Below are positions 17,931 through 25,784 of a stretch of DNA of 33,012 bases, piece by piece. A program made the translations under genes and the position numbers. The stretch covers positions 1 through 33,012 of the IMG/VR virus record IMGVR_UViG_3300005805_000012. One strand, written 5' to 3'. The notes under the pieces were generated by a model. That model had not been told where the DNA came from. It saw nothing but the letters and a program-made list of their open reading frames with translations, and made no database searches. Position 1 is the stretch's first letter. Each line of letters opens with the position of its first letter. Origin of the DNA: a virus (taxonomy: Duplodnaviria > Caudoviricetes).

Positions 17931-18028
17931 AAAAAAGTTATGTGAATAAATAATAGCTATACGGACTCTGTACGTAACTCGCTGATTTTCAATAAATAGC
18001 AAGTTTTTCAAAAAAAAGTGCCCTAAAA

Positions 18029-18061
18029 TTTGGATATATGTTGATAAAAAGCCTATTTTTG
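18029..18061 (+). promoter_or_regulatory. Bacteroidota sigma-70 promoter for the early arm
   Basis: TTTG (18029-32) - 21 nt - TATTTTTG (18054-61) matches the -33/-7 consensus TTTG/TAnnTTTG. Confidence 0.7.
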
Positions 18062-18092
18062 ATTTATCAAAGTAACCAAAAAACTTAAACCA

Positions 18093-18290
18093 ATGAGACT
18101 TAAAAAAGGAGATATCGTAAAGATTCAGAATCCTCTCCCCGATGAGAACCATAACCATCGGTATATCGTAGTACAGGATTCTATCGAGCAGTATAATGAG
18201 AGCGACCCAATCGAAGTACAATTTATCTCTGATACTTTCGCTATCGCTCCTATTATCCGAATCCATATGTCTGACCTTGTTATTGCTTAA
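18093..18290 (+). CDS. Hypothetical early protein
   Basis: First ORF after the promoter; LKKGDIVKI start. Confidence 0.6.
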   Translation: MRLKKGDIVKIQNPLPDENHNHRYIVVQDSIEQYNESDPIEVQFISDTFAIAPIIRIHMSDLVIA

Positions 18291-18319
18291 TAATAAAACT
18301 AAACCATAAATAACCCACT

Positions 18320-18850
18320 ATGAACATCAATCTTAAAAAAGTACACATTAACAGGAGATTCTCAAGAGAGACTATCCAATTTACTGCAGACCTCTACATT
18401 AATGGAATCCTTGTAGGCATCGCAGAGAATCACGGTAATGGCGGTTGCACATATTACGGATGTCTATATGAGGCATCGACCATACAGAGGCAACTGCTAA
18501 AAGATGCTATCGAGTACTGCAAGAATCTGCCTAAGAAAGTCACAGAATACGGAGAAATAGATATGAGCTTAGATTATCTGATAGATGAGATAATCTCAGA
18601 TATTTGGAATAAAAAAGATGCTGAGGCATTTGAGAAAAAGAAATTAAAAGATATGTCGAAAGGACTCCTAATATCCAAAACAAATGATGGCAACTCATAC
18701 CAACTTTATGTATGGAAAGGATTCACTATAGACAAATTACTGAGCCACCCAAAAGGTCAAGATGCCATCTCTAAAAGCATCAGCAAATTAAAGACAGAAG
18801 GATACCATATCCTTAATACGAATATACCCAACCTATCTACTCAAAACTAA
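18320..18850 (+). CDS. Hypothetical early protein
   Basis: 176 aa, SRETIQFTADLY...AENHGNGG. Confidence 0.65.
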   Translation: MNINLKKVHINRRFSRETIQFTADLYINGILVGIAENHGNGGCTYYGCLYEASTIQRQLLKDAIEYCKNLPKKVTEYGEIDMSLDYLIDEIISDIWNKKDAEAFEKKKLKDMSKGLLISKTNDGNSYQLYVWKGFTIDKLLSHPKGQDAISKSISKLKTEGYHILNTNIPNLSTQN

Positions 18851-18861
18851 ACACTAAACCA

Positions 18862-18951
18862 ATGAAAGAGCAAAAAGACCTACCTGCCTGGCAGTTTGCC
18901 ATCATCTTTTTCGCCATCCTATTTCTAACACAACTCCTAGAAAAATGGTAA
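18862..18951 (+). CDS. Small membrane peptide (29 aa, MKEQKDLPAWQFAIIFFAILFLTQLLEKW)
   Basis: A/C-rich leader like neighbouring genes; single TM segment. Confidence 0.5.
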   Translation: MKEQKDLPAWQFAIIFFAILFLTQLLEKW

Positions 18952-19091
18952 TCGTAGCCTACTTATTACTCGCATTCCTTATCTTCGTTTACGTCTCGGT
19001 TCTCTTTCAAGTATGGGATTACAAGCGCAAAGCGAAGTCAGAATGGGAGCAGTACTGGGATGAAGTAATGAAAAAAAACTCTAACCAATAA
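18945..19091 (+). CDS. Small membrane protein (48 aa, MVIVAYLLLAFLIFVYVSVLFQVWDYKRK...)
   Basis: Overlaps the previous stop; TM segment followed by basic residues. Confidence 0.5.
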   Translation: MVIVAYLLLAFLIFVYVSVLFQVWDYKRKAKSEWEQYWDEVMKKNSNQ

Positions 19092-19100
19092 ACAACAACT

Positions 19101-19337
19101 ATGCGCATCACCTTTCACACTTCCTCCGATAGAATGGAGGCACTCGCCAAGAATGAAACAGTAACAATCGTAAACGCAGAGGCTATCGAGGATTCTATAT
19201 TCGATACCTACCGAGTTACTTACGAGTTCCCTGACCACTACACTATCGATTCCATCTGCCAATTCTTTTTCCACGCAGGAATCGCTTACGGATTTGATAT
19301 TAAATACTCATCCTATGACAACAGTATACCCCGATAA
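19101..19337 (+). CDS. Hypothetical protein
   Basis: ORF track; co-oriented with the early arm. Confidence 0.55.
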   Translation: MRITFHTSSDRMEALAKNETVTIVNAEAIEDSIFDTYRVTYEFPDHYTIDSICQFFFHAGIAYGFDIKYSSYDNSIPR

Positions 19338-19404
19338 TCCTCCAAAGGATTTTAATGAGTGGATGCGATATATCTACTCACAACTGAACGGACCATCTCG
19401 CTGA
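19315..19404 (+). CDS. Small hypothetical protein (29 aa, MTTVYPDNPPKDFNEWMRYIYSQLNGPSR)
   Basis: Fills the gap before the structured element; below the track cutoff. Confidence 0.4.
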   Translation: MTTVYPDNPPKDFNEWMRYIYSQLNGPSR

Positions 19405-19490
19405 GGTCCTTAATCTGAGGCGAGACAGGAGCGGAGTAGTCTTAACCGGTATTAACAGGGTTTTGGTCAACCTACTCCCTCCTTATTTTT
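19396..19490 (+). ncRNA. Two-hairpin structured element upstream of erf
   Basis: TCTCGC/GCGAGA stem; GGAGCGGAGTAG/CTACTCCCTCC stem followed by TTATTTTT. Confidence 0.45.
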
Positions 19491-19509
19491 CAAAATCAAT
19501 CTACACTAT

Positions 19510-20112
19510 ATGTTAGCCAAAATTCAAGCACTAATCAAAGCACCGAAAGGACAATTCAACTCCTTCGGCAAGTACAAGTACCGCTCCTGCGAGGACATCG
19601 TGGAAGCCGTCAAGCCGGTAATCAACCAGCTAGGTTTCTATCTGACTCTATCCGATGAGATAGTCCAAGTCGGAGACCGATTCTATGTCAAGGCAACCGC
19701 CACCATCTCCAACGGAACGGAGACCTATTCAGCAACCGCATACGCAAGGGAAGAAGATACGAAGAAGGGAATGGATGGCGCACAGGTTACGGGAAGTTCG
19801 TCATCGTATGCTCGGAAATATAGTTTGAATGGACTTTTCGCTATCGATGACACAAAGGACTCGGATGCTACCAACGTAGGGAAAAAAGAAGAACCAACGG
19901 ACGAAGAAAAGCAGATACTCCGTAACTTAGTATTCGGCACGGATATGAATGATGAGGAGCGCGAAAAAGCCTTTGAGTTAATCGACAAATGTGATAACTA
20001 CGAGACATACCAAAAACTCCAATTCAGATTGGAAGATAGGCAACTCCCGCTGGATCAGATTCAGAACCCCAATCAAAAAGACATCTCCAAACACATAAAA
20101 AAACTAAAATGA
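19510..20112 (+). CDS. erf: ERF-family single-strand annealing recombinase
   Basis: KAPKGQFNSFGKYKYRSCEDI and the GMDGAQVTGSSSSYARKYSLNGLFAIDD ERF signature. Confidence 0.9.
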   Translation: MLAKIQALIKAPKGQFNSFGKYKYRSCEDIVEAVKPVINQLGFYLTLSDEIVQVGDRFYVKATATISNGTETYSATAYAREEDTKKGMDGAQVTGSSSSYARKYSLNGLFAIDDTKDSDATNVGKKEEPTDEEKQILRNLVFGTDMNDEEREKAFELIDKCDNYETYQKLQFRLEDRQLPLDQIQNPNQKDISKHIKKLK

Positions 20113-20435
20113 AAAAAGGCACTACTTGGTACGAGTTTAAGTTTTGGCACGATGACGAGGACTATACTCCATATCGCGCGAAAATCAGATACGAGATTGA
20201 ACCCGGTTACTTTGAAGAAGGCAGATACTTTGAAGGAAGCACAATGCTAGAGATAATCGAATATCCTGAAGGCGCAGACGATTCGTTGAAATCCAGACTA
20301 AGAGATAAACTAGAAGAACAATCTGGATGGATTCTATTAGACTTAGAAGATTATGAAGATAGCTACGAGACAGATAAGGATAGAATGATTAACGACTTGC
20401 TAGATAAAAATGATTCATTAACCCCTAAACCCTAA
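20109..20435 (+). CDS. Hypothetical acidic protein
   Basis: ATGA-coupled; very D/E-rich. Confidence 0.6.
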   Translation: MKKGTTWYEFKFWHDDEDYTPYRAKIRYEIEPGYFEEGRYFEGSTMLEIIEYPEGADDSLKSRLRDKLEEQSGWILLDLEDYEDSYETDKDRMINDLLDKNDSLTPKP

Positions 20436-20438
20436 ACG

Positions 20439-20588
20439 ATGGCAACAACAACCTACCGCCGAATCGCCTCTGGAGTTTCTAAAGAAGGAAACTTCTACCG
20501 AGTGCGCGTTCAAAAGAACGGAGTGCGCAAGAGCAAGTTCTTCGCTACCCGTAAGGCTGCGCTCGAGTTTCGTAAGAAGCTTGGCTAA
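20439..20588 (+). CDS. Small AP2-like DNA-binding protein (49 aa)
   Basis: MATTTYRRIASGVSKEGNFYRVRVQKNGVRKSKFFATRKAALEFRKKLG; followed by a terminator. Confidence 0.6.
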   Translation: MATTTYRRIASGVSKEGNFYRVRVQKNGVRKSKFFATRKAALEFRKKLG

Positions 20589-20594
20589 TCTAAA

Positions 20595-20620
20595 GGGGAG
20601 GGCAACCTCCCCACTTTTTT
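20595..20620 (+). terminator. Rho-independent terminator
   Basis: GGGGAGG-GCAA-CCTCCCC then ACTTTTTT. Confidence 0.85.
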
Positions 20621-20640
20621 AATCAATCAATCAAAATACA

Positions 20641-20880
20641 ATGCAAAAGAAAATCTACTGCGGAAGCGGAAAGAAAAAGAATGAGACTTGGTTATCCATC
20701 ACAATCAACCCGGATAAGATTCAAGACCATATCAAAGAGTACAACGGCAACAAGTTCATTAAGCTAAATATCAACATACTTGACCAGCCGGATAAGTTCG
20801 GTAAAGACGTACAGGTATCAGTAGATACATACGAGCCAGCGAACAAACCGAAAAAAGATGACAATGATCTTCCGTTCTAA
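20641..20880 (+). CDS. Single-stranded DNA-binding protein (putative)
   Basis: Acidic C-terminal DDNDLPF tail; near erf. Confidence 0.65.
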   Translation: MQKKIYCGSGKKKNETWLSITINPDKIQDHIKEYNGNKFIKLNINILDQPDKFGKDVQVSVDTYEPANKPKKDDNDLPF

Positions 20881-21110
20881 TGTATCTGAAAGAAGATATA
20901 ATCGGTGCTGCCTCACGAATTACATACGGACTCAAAGGCGATAAGGTAACTCTGATACGTCAAGATATTGACATTTGCCTTGTCGAATTAAACGAACAAA
21001 GATTCTTTGTCAAATATGAAAAGCTCTCCGAAGAAAAAGTTGAACCCACTCCCAAAGTTGCTAGAGAAAACCCAGCGAGTGTTCAACGCATACGTAAGGG
21101 AAAGAGATAA
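20880..21110 (+). CDS. Hypothetical protein
   Basis: TAATG-coupled to the SSB gene. Confidence 0.55.
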   Translation: MYLKEDIIGAASRITYGLKGDKVTLIRQDIDICLVELNEQRFFVKYEKLSEEKVEPTPKVARENPASVQRIRKGKR

Positions 21111-21390
21111 AGAACTCGGATGTATTTCGTGTGGCGGTCCGGTAGAACAAGCTGGACACTATCACTCTCAAGGTCATCACTCCGCTCTAAGGTTCGATCC
21201 TATCAACACCAATGGACAATGTCGAAGATGCAATATGTTTCTGCACGGGAACCTGATAAGATACCGGCAAGGCTTAGTCGCTAAATATGGCGAAGATGTC
21301 GTTATTGAATTGGAAGAACGAGCCAATACCGATAGATTAAAGAAGTGGAGCAGAGAAGAACTTGAGGAACTAATAAGCAAATACAAATGA
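21016..21390 (+). CDS. ninG: NinG/Rap-like recombination endonuclease
   Basis: FNAYVRERD, CISCG, AGHYHS, LRFDPINTNGQCRRCN motifs. Confidence 0.85.
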   Translation: MKSSPKKKLNPLPKLLEKTQRVFNAYVRERDKELGCISCGGPVEQAGHYHSQGHHSALRFDPINTNGQCRRCNMFLHGNLIRYRQGLVAKYGEDVVIELEERANTDRLKKWSREELEELISKYK

Positions 21391-22066
21391 AAGTATTAGA
21401 GTTATTTGCTGGAAGCAGAAGCATAGGTAAAGCCGCAGAAAAATTAGGTATGCAAGTTTATAGTAGCGATATCAATAATTTTGAGAATATTGATTACGTA
21501 ACTGACATATTAAAATTTGACTGCTCTAAAGTCCCTTTTGTTCCAGATATACTATGGGCATCACCTCCTTGCACTTTTTTTTCTGTTGCTAGCATAGGAA
21601 AACATTGGAATAAAGATAATACCCCAAAAACTGAATCAGCGGTACTAGGTGTAACCATAGTCAAAAAACAATAGAAATCATACACCATTTCCAAAAATTA
21701 AACTCGAATTTGATTTACTATGTTGAAAATCCAAGAGGAAAATTACGCAAGTTGTCTATTATGAATTTTGCAGATATAAGAAATACAGTTACATATTGCA
21801 AATATGGTGATGACAGAATGAAACCAACTGATATTTGGACTAATAATAAATATTGGAATCCGAAACCTATATGCAGTAATGGAGATACTTGTCATAAATC
21901 AGCACCAAGAGGGTCACAAACTGGTACTCAAGGAATGAAAAACTCATACGAAAAAAGCAAAATACCTGATGAATTATGTATTGAAGTATTACAAAATTGT
22001 ATTAAAAAATCAAGCAATATCGTAATGCAATTAAAATTTAATTATGAACGAGGAGCGACTATTTGA
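21387..22066 (+). pseudogene. C5-cytosine DNA methyltransferase interrupted by a 1-nt frameshift at A6 (21663-21668)
   Basis: Motif I LELFAGS and motif IV WASPPC in ORF1, motif VI VENP in ORF2; adding one A gives IVKKTIEIIHHFQKLNSNLIYYVENP and a 226-aa protein. Confidence 0.8.
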
Positions 22067-22424
22067 CCTCATCAAGAAAATCGTACCAGACTTACAAAAG
22101 AGGCATCCATTAAGCTACCGAGATGCTTACAGCCCTGAATACGATCTGACAATCGAGTTCAAATCTCGCCGGACTCATTACGATTTCATCCTGATAGAAA
22201 AATTCAAATGGGATAAATTGAACGAATACCCAAGAGTTAGATACATAAACAGCACCCCAATAGGTATCTACTCGTTTAACTTGAAGAAAATAGAAGAACC
22301 CGAATGGATGGAGCATTTAATGCCGAAGCAAACAGATTTTGAGGACACTAGGAAAGTTCAAAAATTAGTGGGATATTTGCCCATATCACTAGCTATCAAT
22401 ATCACTTTTTTAACCAAACTCTAA
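22044..22424 (+). CDS. PD-(D/E)XK-like nuclease (putative)
   Basis: SYRDAY...TIEFKSRR motif. Confidence 0.5.
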   Translation: MNEERLFDLIKKIVPDLQKRHPLSYRDAYSPEYDLTIEFKSRRTHYDFILIEKFKWDKLNEYPRVRYINSTPIGIYSFNLKKIEEPEWMEHLMPKQTDFEDTRKVQKLVGYLPISLAINITFLTKL

Positions 22425-22427
22425 ACA

Positions 22428-22814
22428 ATGACAGTAAGAGACAAGATGATTGCAGTAACAGAAAAGTACTGCGAGATGCACGGAATCAAACGTGAAGATT
22501 TATTTCAGAAGCACAAACATTCCAAAGCCAAAAAGAAGAAGGTAGTCAATGGAGTGAACGTATCTCAATTACGGATGGCTCTCGGTTTTTATCTATATAA
22601 AAACTTCCCGGCTAGTTTGACAGAAGTAGCGCATATCGTAGGGTATGAGGATCACTCAAGCATCAGCGGTAGCTTCAAAAAGATTTATTTCTACATCAAA
22701 AACGAGGATGCATACTTTATGCGCTTCTACAAGCCTCTGGAAGAAGTCGGGCAACTGTACGAGCCTGTAAAGTTTGACCGAATTACAAGTAACCAATATG
22801 CACTATTAAAATGA
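22428..22814 (+). CDS. DnaA C-terminal-like HTH protein
   Basis: LRMALGFYL...SLTEVAHIVGYEDHSSI resembles DnaA domain IV (RDHSTV). Confidence 0.6.
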   Translation: MTVRDKMIAVTEKYCEMHGIKREDLFQKHKHSKAKKKKVVNGVNVSQLRMALGFYLYKNFPASLTEVAHIVGYEDHSSISGSFKKIYFYIKNEDAYFMRFYKPLEEVGQLYEPVKFDRITSNQYALLK

Positions 22815-23443
22815 AAAAGATGGCAAAAAGATTTGTAGATACTGAACTCTGGGATAAGAAATGGTTTATGCAATTAACCGCGAAGCAGAAATGCCTCGTT
22901 AAATATGTCCGGGATAAATGCGACGTTGCCGGGATATGGGATTGCAACTATCAACTCGCATCGGTTTACATCGGAGAAATCGTAACCGAGCAAGAACTTT
23001 TGGAGATAGACAATGGAAAGCAATTTCAGAAGATAGCCGATGAAAAGATTTACTGCACCGGGTTCATCGAGTTCCAATACGGACAGACACTAAACGAACA
23101 GAGTCCTATTCATAAGAAGGTAATGGACCTGCTAGACAAATACGGAATCGAATACAACGTAAAGAAGCAAGCCTCTAAGCTATCCAAAGTTCCTACATTA
23201 GATGAGGTCTATGCTGAAATGTTGAGCAAAACAGACGAGTATAACGCGAAGATTCAGTCTCAGCGATTCTTTGATTATTACGATTCAAACGGATGGCGAG
23301 TAGGCAAGAACCCGATGAAGAATTGGAAAAGCGCAGCAGCCGGATGGATCAACAGGACAGGAATTGAAAAGAGACCCGTATCTTCGGATGACATCAAGAA
23401 GTCAATCAGTAAAATAGCAAACCGAAAGATTTCTGAACTATGA
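22811..23443 (+). CDS. Phage replication initiator / replisome organiser
   Basis: N-terminal MAKRFVDTELWDKKWF...CDVAGIW and C-terminal FFDYYDSNGWRVGKNPMKNWKSAAAGW domains. Confidence 0.7.
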   Translation: MKKMAKRFVDTELWDKKWFMQLTAKQKCLVKYVRDKCDVAGIWDCNYQLASVYIGEIVTEQELLEIDNGKQFQKIADEKIYCTGFIEFQYGQTLNEQSPIHKKVMDLLDKYGIEYNVKKQASKLSKVPTLDEVYAEMLSKTDEYNAKIQSQRFFDYYDSNGWRVGKNPMKNWKSAAAGWINRTGIEKRPVSSDDIKKSISKIANRKISEL

Positions 23444-23601
23444 AGAAGAAGAAAAAAAAGATGTCTTTAGAAGATAAGATAAAGCTAATTTATGAAAAAT
23501 ATCCTGAGCCGGAAGTTGCATTAAAGGATTGGAATAAAGGAGGCTTTGTCAATGATGACAAATACAAACAACCAATTAAACATAAACTCTATAAAAAATG
23601 A
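23440..23601 (+). CDS. Small hypothetical protein (53 aa)
   Basis: ATGA overlaps at both ends; MKKKKKKMSLEDKIKLIYEKYPEP... Confidence 0.5.
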   Translation: MKKKKKKMSLEDKIKLIYEKYPEPEVALKDWNKGGFVNDDKYKQPIKHKLYKK

Positions 23602-24131
23602 GCAATCCAGCCTTCGAGTATCTTAGGCAGTTCAAACAAGTGAACGAAGCTACCGAAGAACTCGTACTTAAAACACTAAAGAGAAAATACCCGAACATCA
23701 CTCTTGAAGAATTGACCAACATCTTCGAGCGAGGCATTAGCGGTGATTTCGGTAAAGTCTACGCAATCGATCCACAGACGTTACTCGGATGGGTAGATGA
23801 CTCACAAAGCAAAGTGCAAACAGGATCGACGTACTTTGAATCGCCTCTACTTGATTCCACGATTAAGATTACCGATGGAAGATACCCGGACACAAAGGGA
23901 TGGCTTCAAGAAGCAAATAAATGCTATTTAGCTTATTGCCGAGGAGTTAGTGTGTACGACTTCCATCCACACGTATACGATAGGTTGGTGATGGACAACA
24001 AAGTTCCCACTAGCTACTTTGAGAAGCATATGCCCAAGACTAACTCAATCCGGGAGTCAAAGCAGATAAGCCTCGGCGAGTTCTTCGAGTGGTGCAAGTC
24101 AAACGGAGTAAATCAGATTTACAATGTTTAA
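23598..24131 (+). CDS. Hypothetical protein (possible helicase loader by position)
   Basis: 177 aa downstream of the initiator; FERGISGDFG. Confidence 0.55.
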   Translation: MSNPAFEYLRQFKQVNEATEELVLKTLKRKYPNITLEELTNIFERGISGDFGKVYAIDPQTLLGWVDDSQSKVQTGSTYFESPLLDSTIKITDGRYPDTKGWLQEANKCYLAYCRGVSVYDFHPHVYDRLVMDNKVPTSYFEKHMPKTNSIRESKQISLGEFFEWCKSNGVNQIYNV

Positions 24132-24429
24132 CGCATCCGACTCTAAAGCAATAGGAGATATCCTAAACGAGCATATGGTAAATATGAGCCTAACCTATGC
24201 TAAGGAGTATAAACAGAACCCGAAGAACTTTTTAAGTACGTACAAAAAATATCAATCAGTACGTACAGGCGCAGCATTCATAGTCCAGACATACAAGCAA
24301 ATCGGAGCCTTCGAGGAATGCAAGGAAAGCGGAAAAGACTTCACCGATTACGCATCCAAACATTTCGACGGCGAGGAGGCTAGAGTGTTCGCGGAGTTTC
24401 TTTTAATTCTTTACTCAATCATTAAATAA
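24124..24429 (+). CDS. Hypothetical protein
   Basis: Coupled ORF. Confidence 0.55.
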   Translation: MFNASDSKAIGDILNEHMVNMSLTYAKEYKQNPKNFLSTYKKYQSVRTGAAFIVQTYKQIGAFEECKESGKDFTDYASKHFDGEEARVFAEFLLILYSIIK

Positions 24430-24650
24430 TGGAACAAACTGCACTAAGTTGGTTGCTAGATCAACTACCGCCACCAATCCAAGTAGCCTTACTCAATACC
24501 TCAGTCGAGGATATTCTAAAGGCTAAAGAGATGGAGATGAAACAAATGAAAGACTCTTGGGTTAATGGCTACCACAAAGCGAAGGATGACATCATTTGCG
24601 ATACCTTCAGCACCTTTGAGAAATTCTATACCGAAAACTTCTACAAATGA
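24429..24650 (+). CDS. Hypothetical protein
   Basis: QTALSWL...AKEMEMKQMKDSW; TAATG-coupled. Confidence 0.6.
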   Translation: MEQTALSWLLDQLPPPIQVALLNTSVEDILKAKEMEMKQMKDSWVNGYHKAKDDIICDTFSTFEKFYTENFYK

Positions 24651-24874
24651 ATGACCTACCTAAAATCGTACTATCGAGCAACGGACTCCGCAAATGTATC
24701 TACTGCAAAGAAGCCAAGCCGATTTCGGAATACAAATACAAAGAAGGAGAATCAAAGAACTGCGAATCCTGCTACCATAAATACATAAAACACAAGACCC
24801 GGAAGAAGGAGGAGGCATTTCATTACATTCTAATCGGAGACGGAGACTGGTACTCTTGTTATTTTAAGGCTTAA
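24647..24874 (+). CDS. Small zinc-finger protein
   Basis: CIYC...CESC. Confidence 0.55.
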   Translation: MNDLPKIVLSSNGLRKCIYCKEAKPISEYKYKEGESKNCESCYHKYIKHKTRKKEEAFHYILIGDGDWYSCYFKA

Positions 24875-24949
24875 ATTTCGCCTATCTTTTTGACTAGGCT
24901 ATACCACTACTTTGATATTCGAGGCTCTAGAATCGCCTAAAAATGCGGT

Positions 24950-25207
24950 TTAATGCAATTCCACCAAACGGAAGCCCATATCCCACATAAAACGGGCGGT
25001 TTTAGAGCTTTCCTTCCTGACTTTGGTCTCGCTCCAATCCGGGTGCTTCAAATGAAAATGCTCGTGAAGGGCATAGAGCATATACCGATAGCCCGTTAGT
25101 CTCACGTCTAACTCCATCATATTCTCATCGGTATGAGCGAGTCCATAGGCTCTCTCCTTACCTAGCTTGCGATGGATGACTTTATGAGGGTTCTTCTTGA
25201 GAGTCAT
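24950..25207 (-). CDS. Small HExxH (zincin-like) protein
   Basis: AYGLA...LDVRL...ALHEHFH. Confidence 0.55.
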   Translation of the reverse strand: MTLKKNPHKVIHRKLGKERAYGLAHTDENMMELDVRLTGYRYMLYALHEHFHLKHPDWSETKVRKESSKTARFMWDMGFRLVELH

Positions 25208-25409
25208 AGAAGTTTGATTGGTAGATTTCCGAAATACCGATATGAATAATATAGAGACTCATTAGCTTGATCTCCTTCAATATCCGCTTCTCCTCCTCGT
25301 CACAGAGCGCACTATCCCATTCGTTTATTGCATTGATAGCATTGAACGCAGCACCGATATCCTCGTGAGGACTATTCGATAAGGGCAGTATTTCGTCTAC
25401 CTCTGACAT
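25182..25409 (-). CDS. Hypothetical protein
   Basis: Coupled ORF. Confidence 0.55.
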   Translation of the reverse strand: MSEVDEILPLSNSPHEDIGAAFNAINAINEWDSALCDEEEKRILKEIKLMSLYIIHIGISEIYQSNFYDSQEEPS

Positions 25410-25603
25410 CAGTAGTCTGTTTTGATTCTAGGTATTCCCTTCTTCCGCTTGAACTCCTGTACTTCTTGCTCTACGTTCTTCCGGCTTTCCTTTCGGTACT
25501 TATCACAGAGAGGCTCTAGAATGGCTAATCTCTCGACTGCTTCCAGCTTGCTCAACATTTCGTGTATCTGCTTCTTCAGAATCGGTGCGTCTTTGTGGCT
25601 CAT
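25409..25603 (-). CDS. Hypothetical protein
   Basis: Coupled ORF. Confidence 0.55.
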   Translation of the reverse strand: MSHKDAPILKKQIHEMLSKLEAVERLAILEPLCDKYRKESRKNVEQEVQEFKRKKGIPRIKTDY

Positions 25604-25784
25604 TTTTTATTTTATTTATTGCTGCTTTAAGATATAGGGCTTTATCAATAGTCTCCTCGTAGGCTTCTTGTAGCCAATTTACCAACTCGTAATCTTCGCG
25701 ATCCATCGTTGTGCCATAGGTCACTAATCCCTTCTCCTCCTGTTTGCGAATATCGGATATTACCTGTTCCCCTATCTTACTCAT
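25503..25784 (-). CDS. Conserved phage protein, possible all-alpha NTP pyrophosphohydrolase (start ATG 25784)
   Basis: KGLVTYGTTMDRED...WLQEAYEETIDKALYL; ATGA overlap with the exonuclease stop. Confidence 0.5.
   Translation of the reverse strand: MSKIGEQVISDIRKQEEKGLVTYGTTMDREDYELVNWLQEAYEETIDKALYLKAAINKIKNEPQRRTDSEEADTRNVEQAGSSREISHSRASL

Noticed and set aside
17898-18266. 122-aa - strand ORF
   Set aside because: Overlaps the early promoter and ORF 18093-18290 on the opposite strand; no recognisable motif
18093-24874. Lysogeny or plasmid-prophage module
   Set aside because: No integrase, CI-like repressor or ParA recognised; lifestyle cannot be settled from sequence alone
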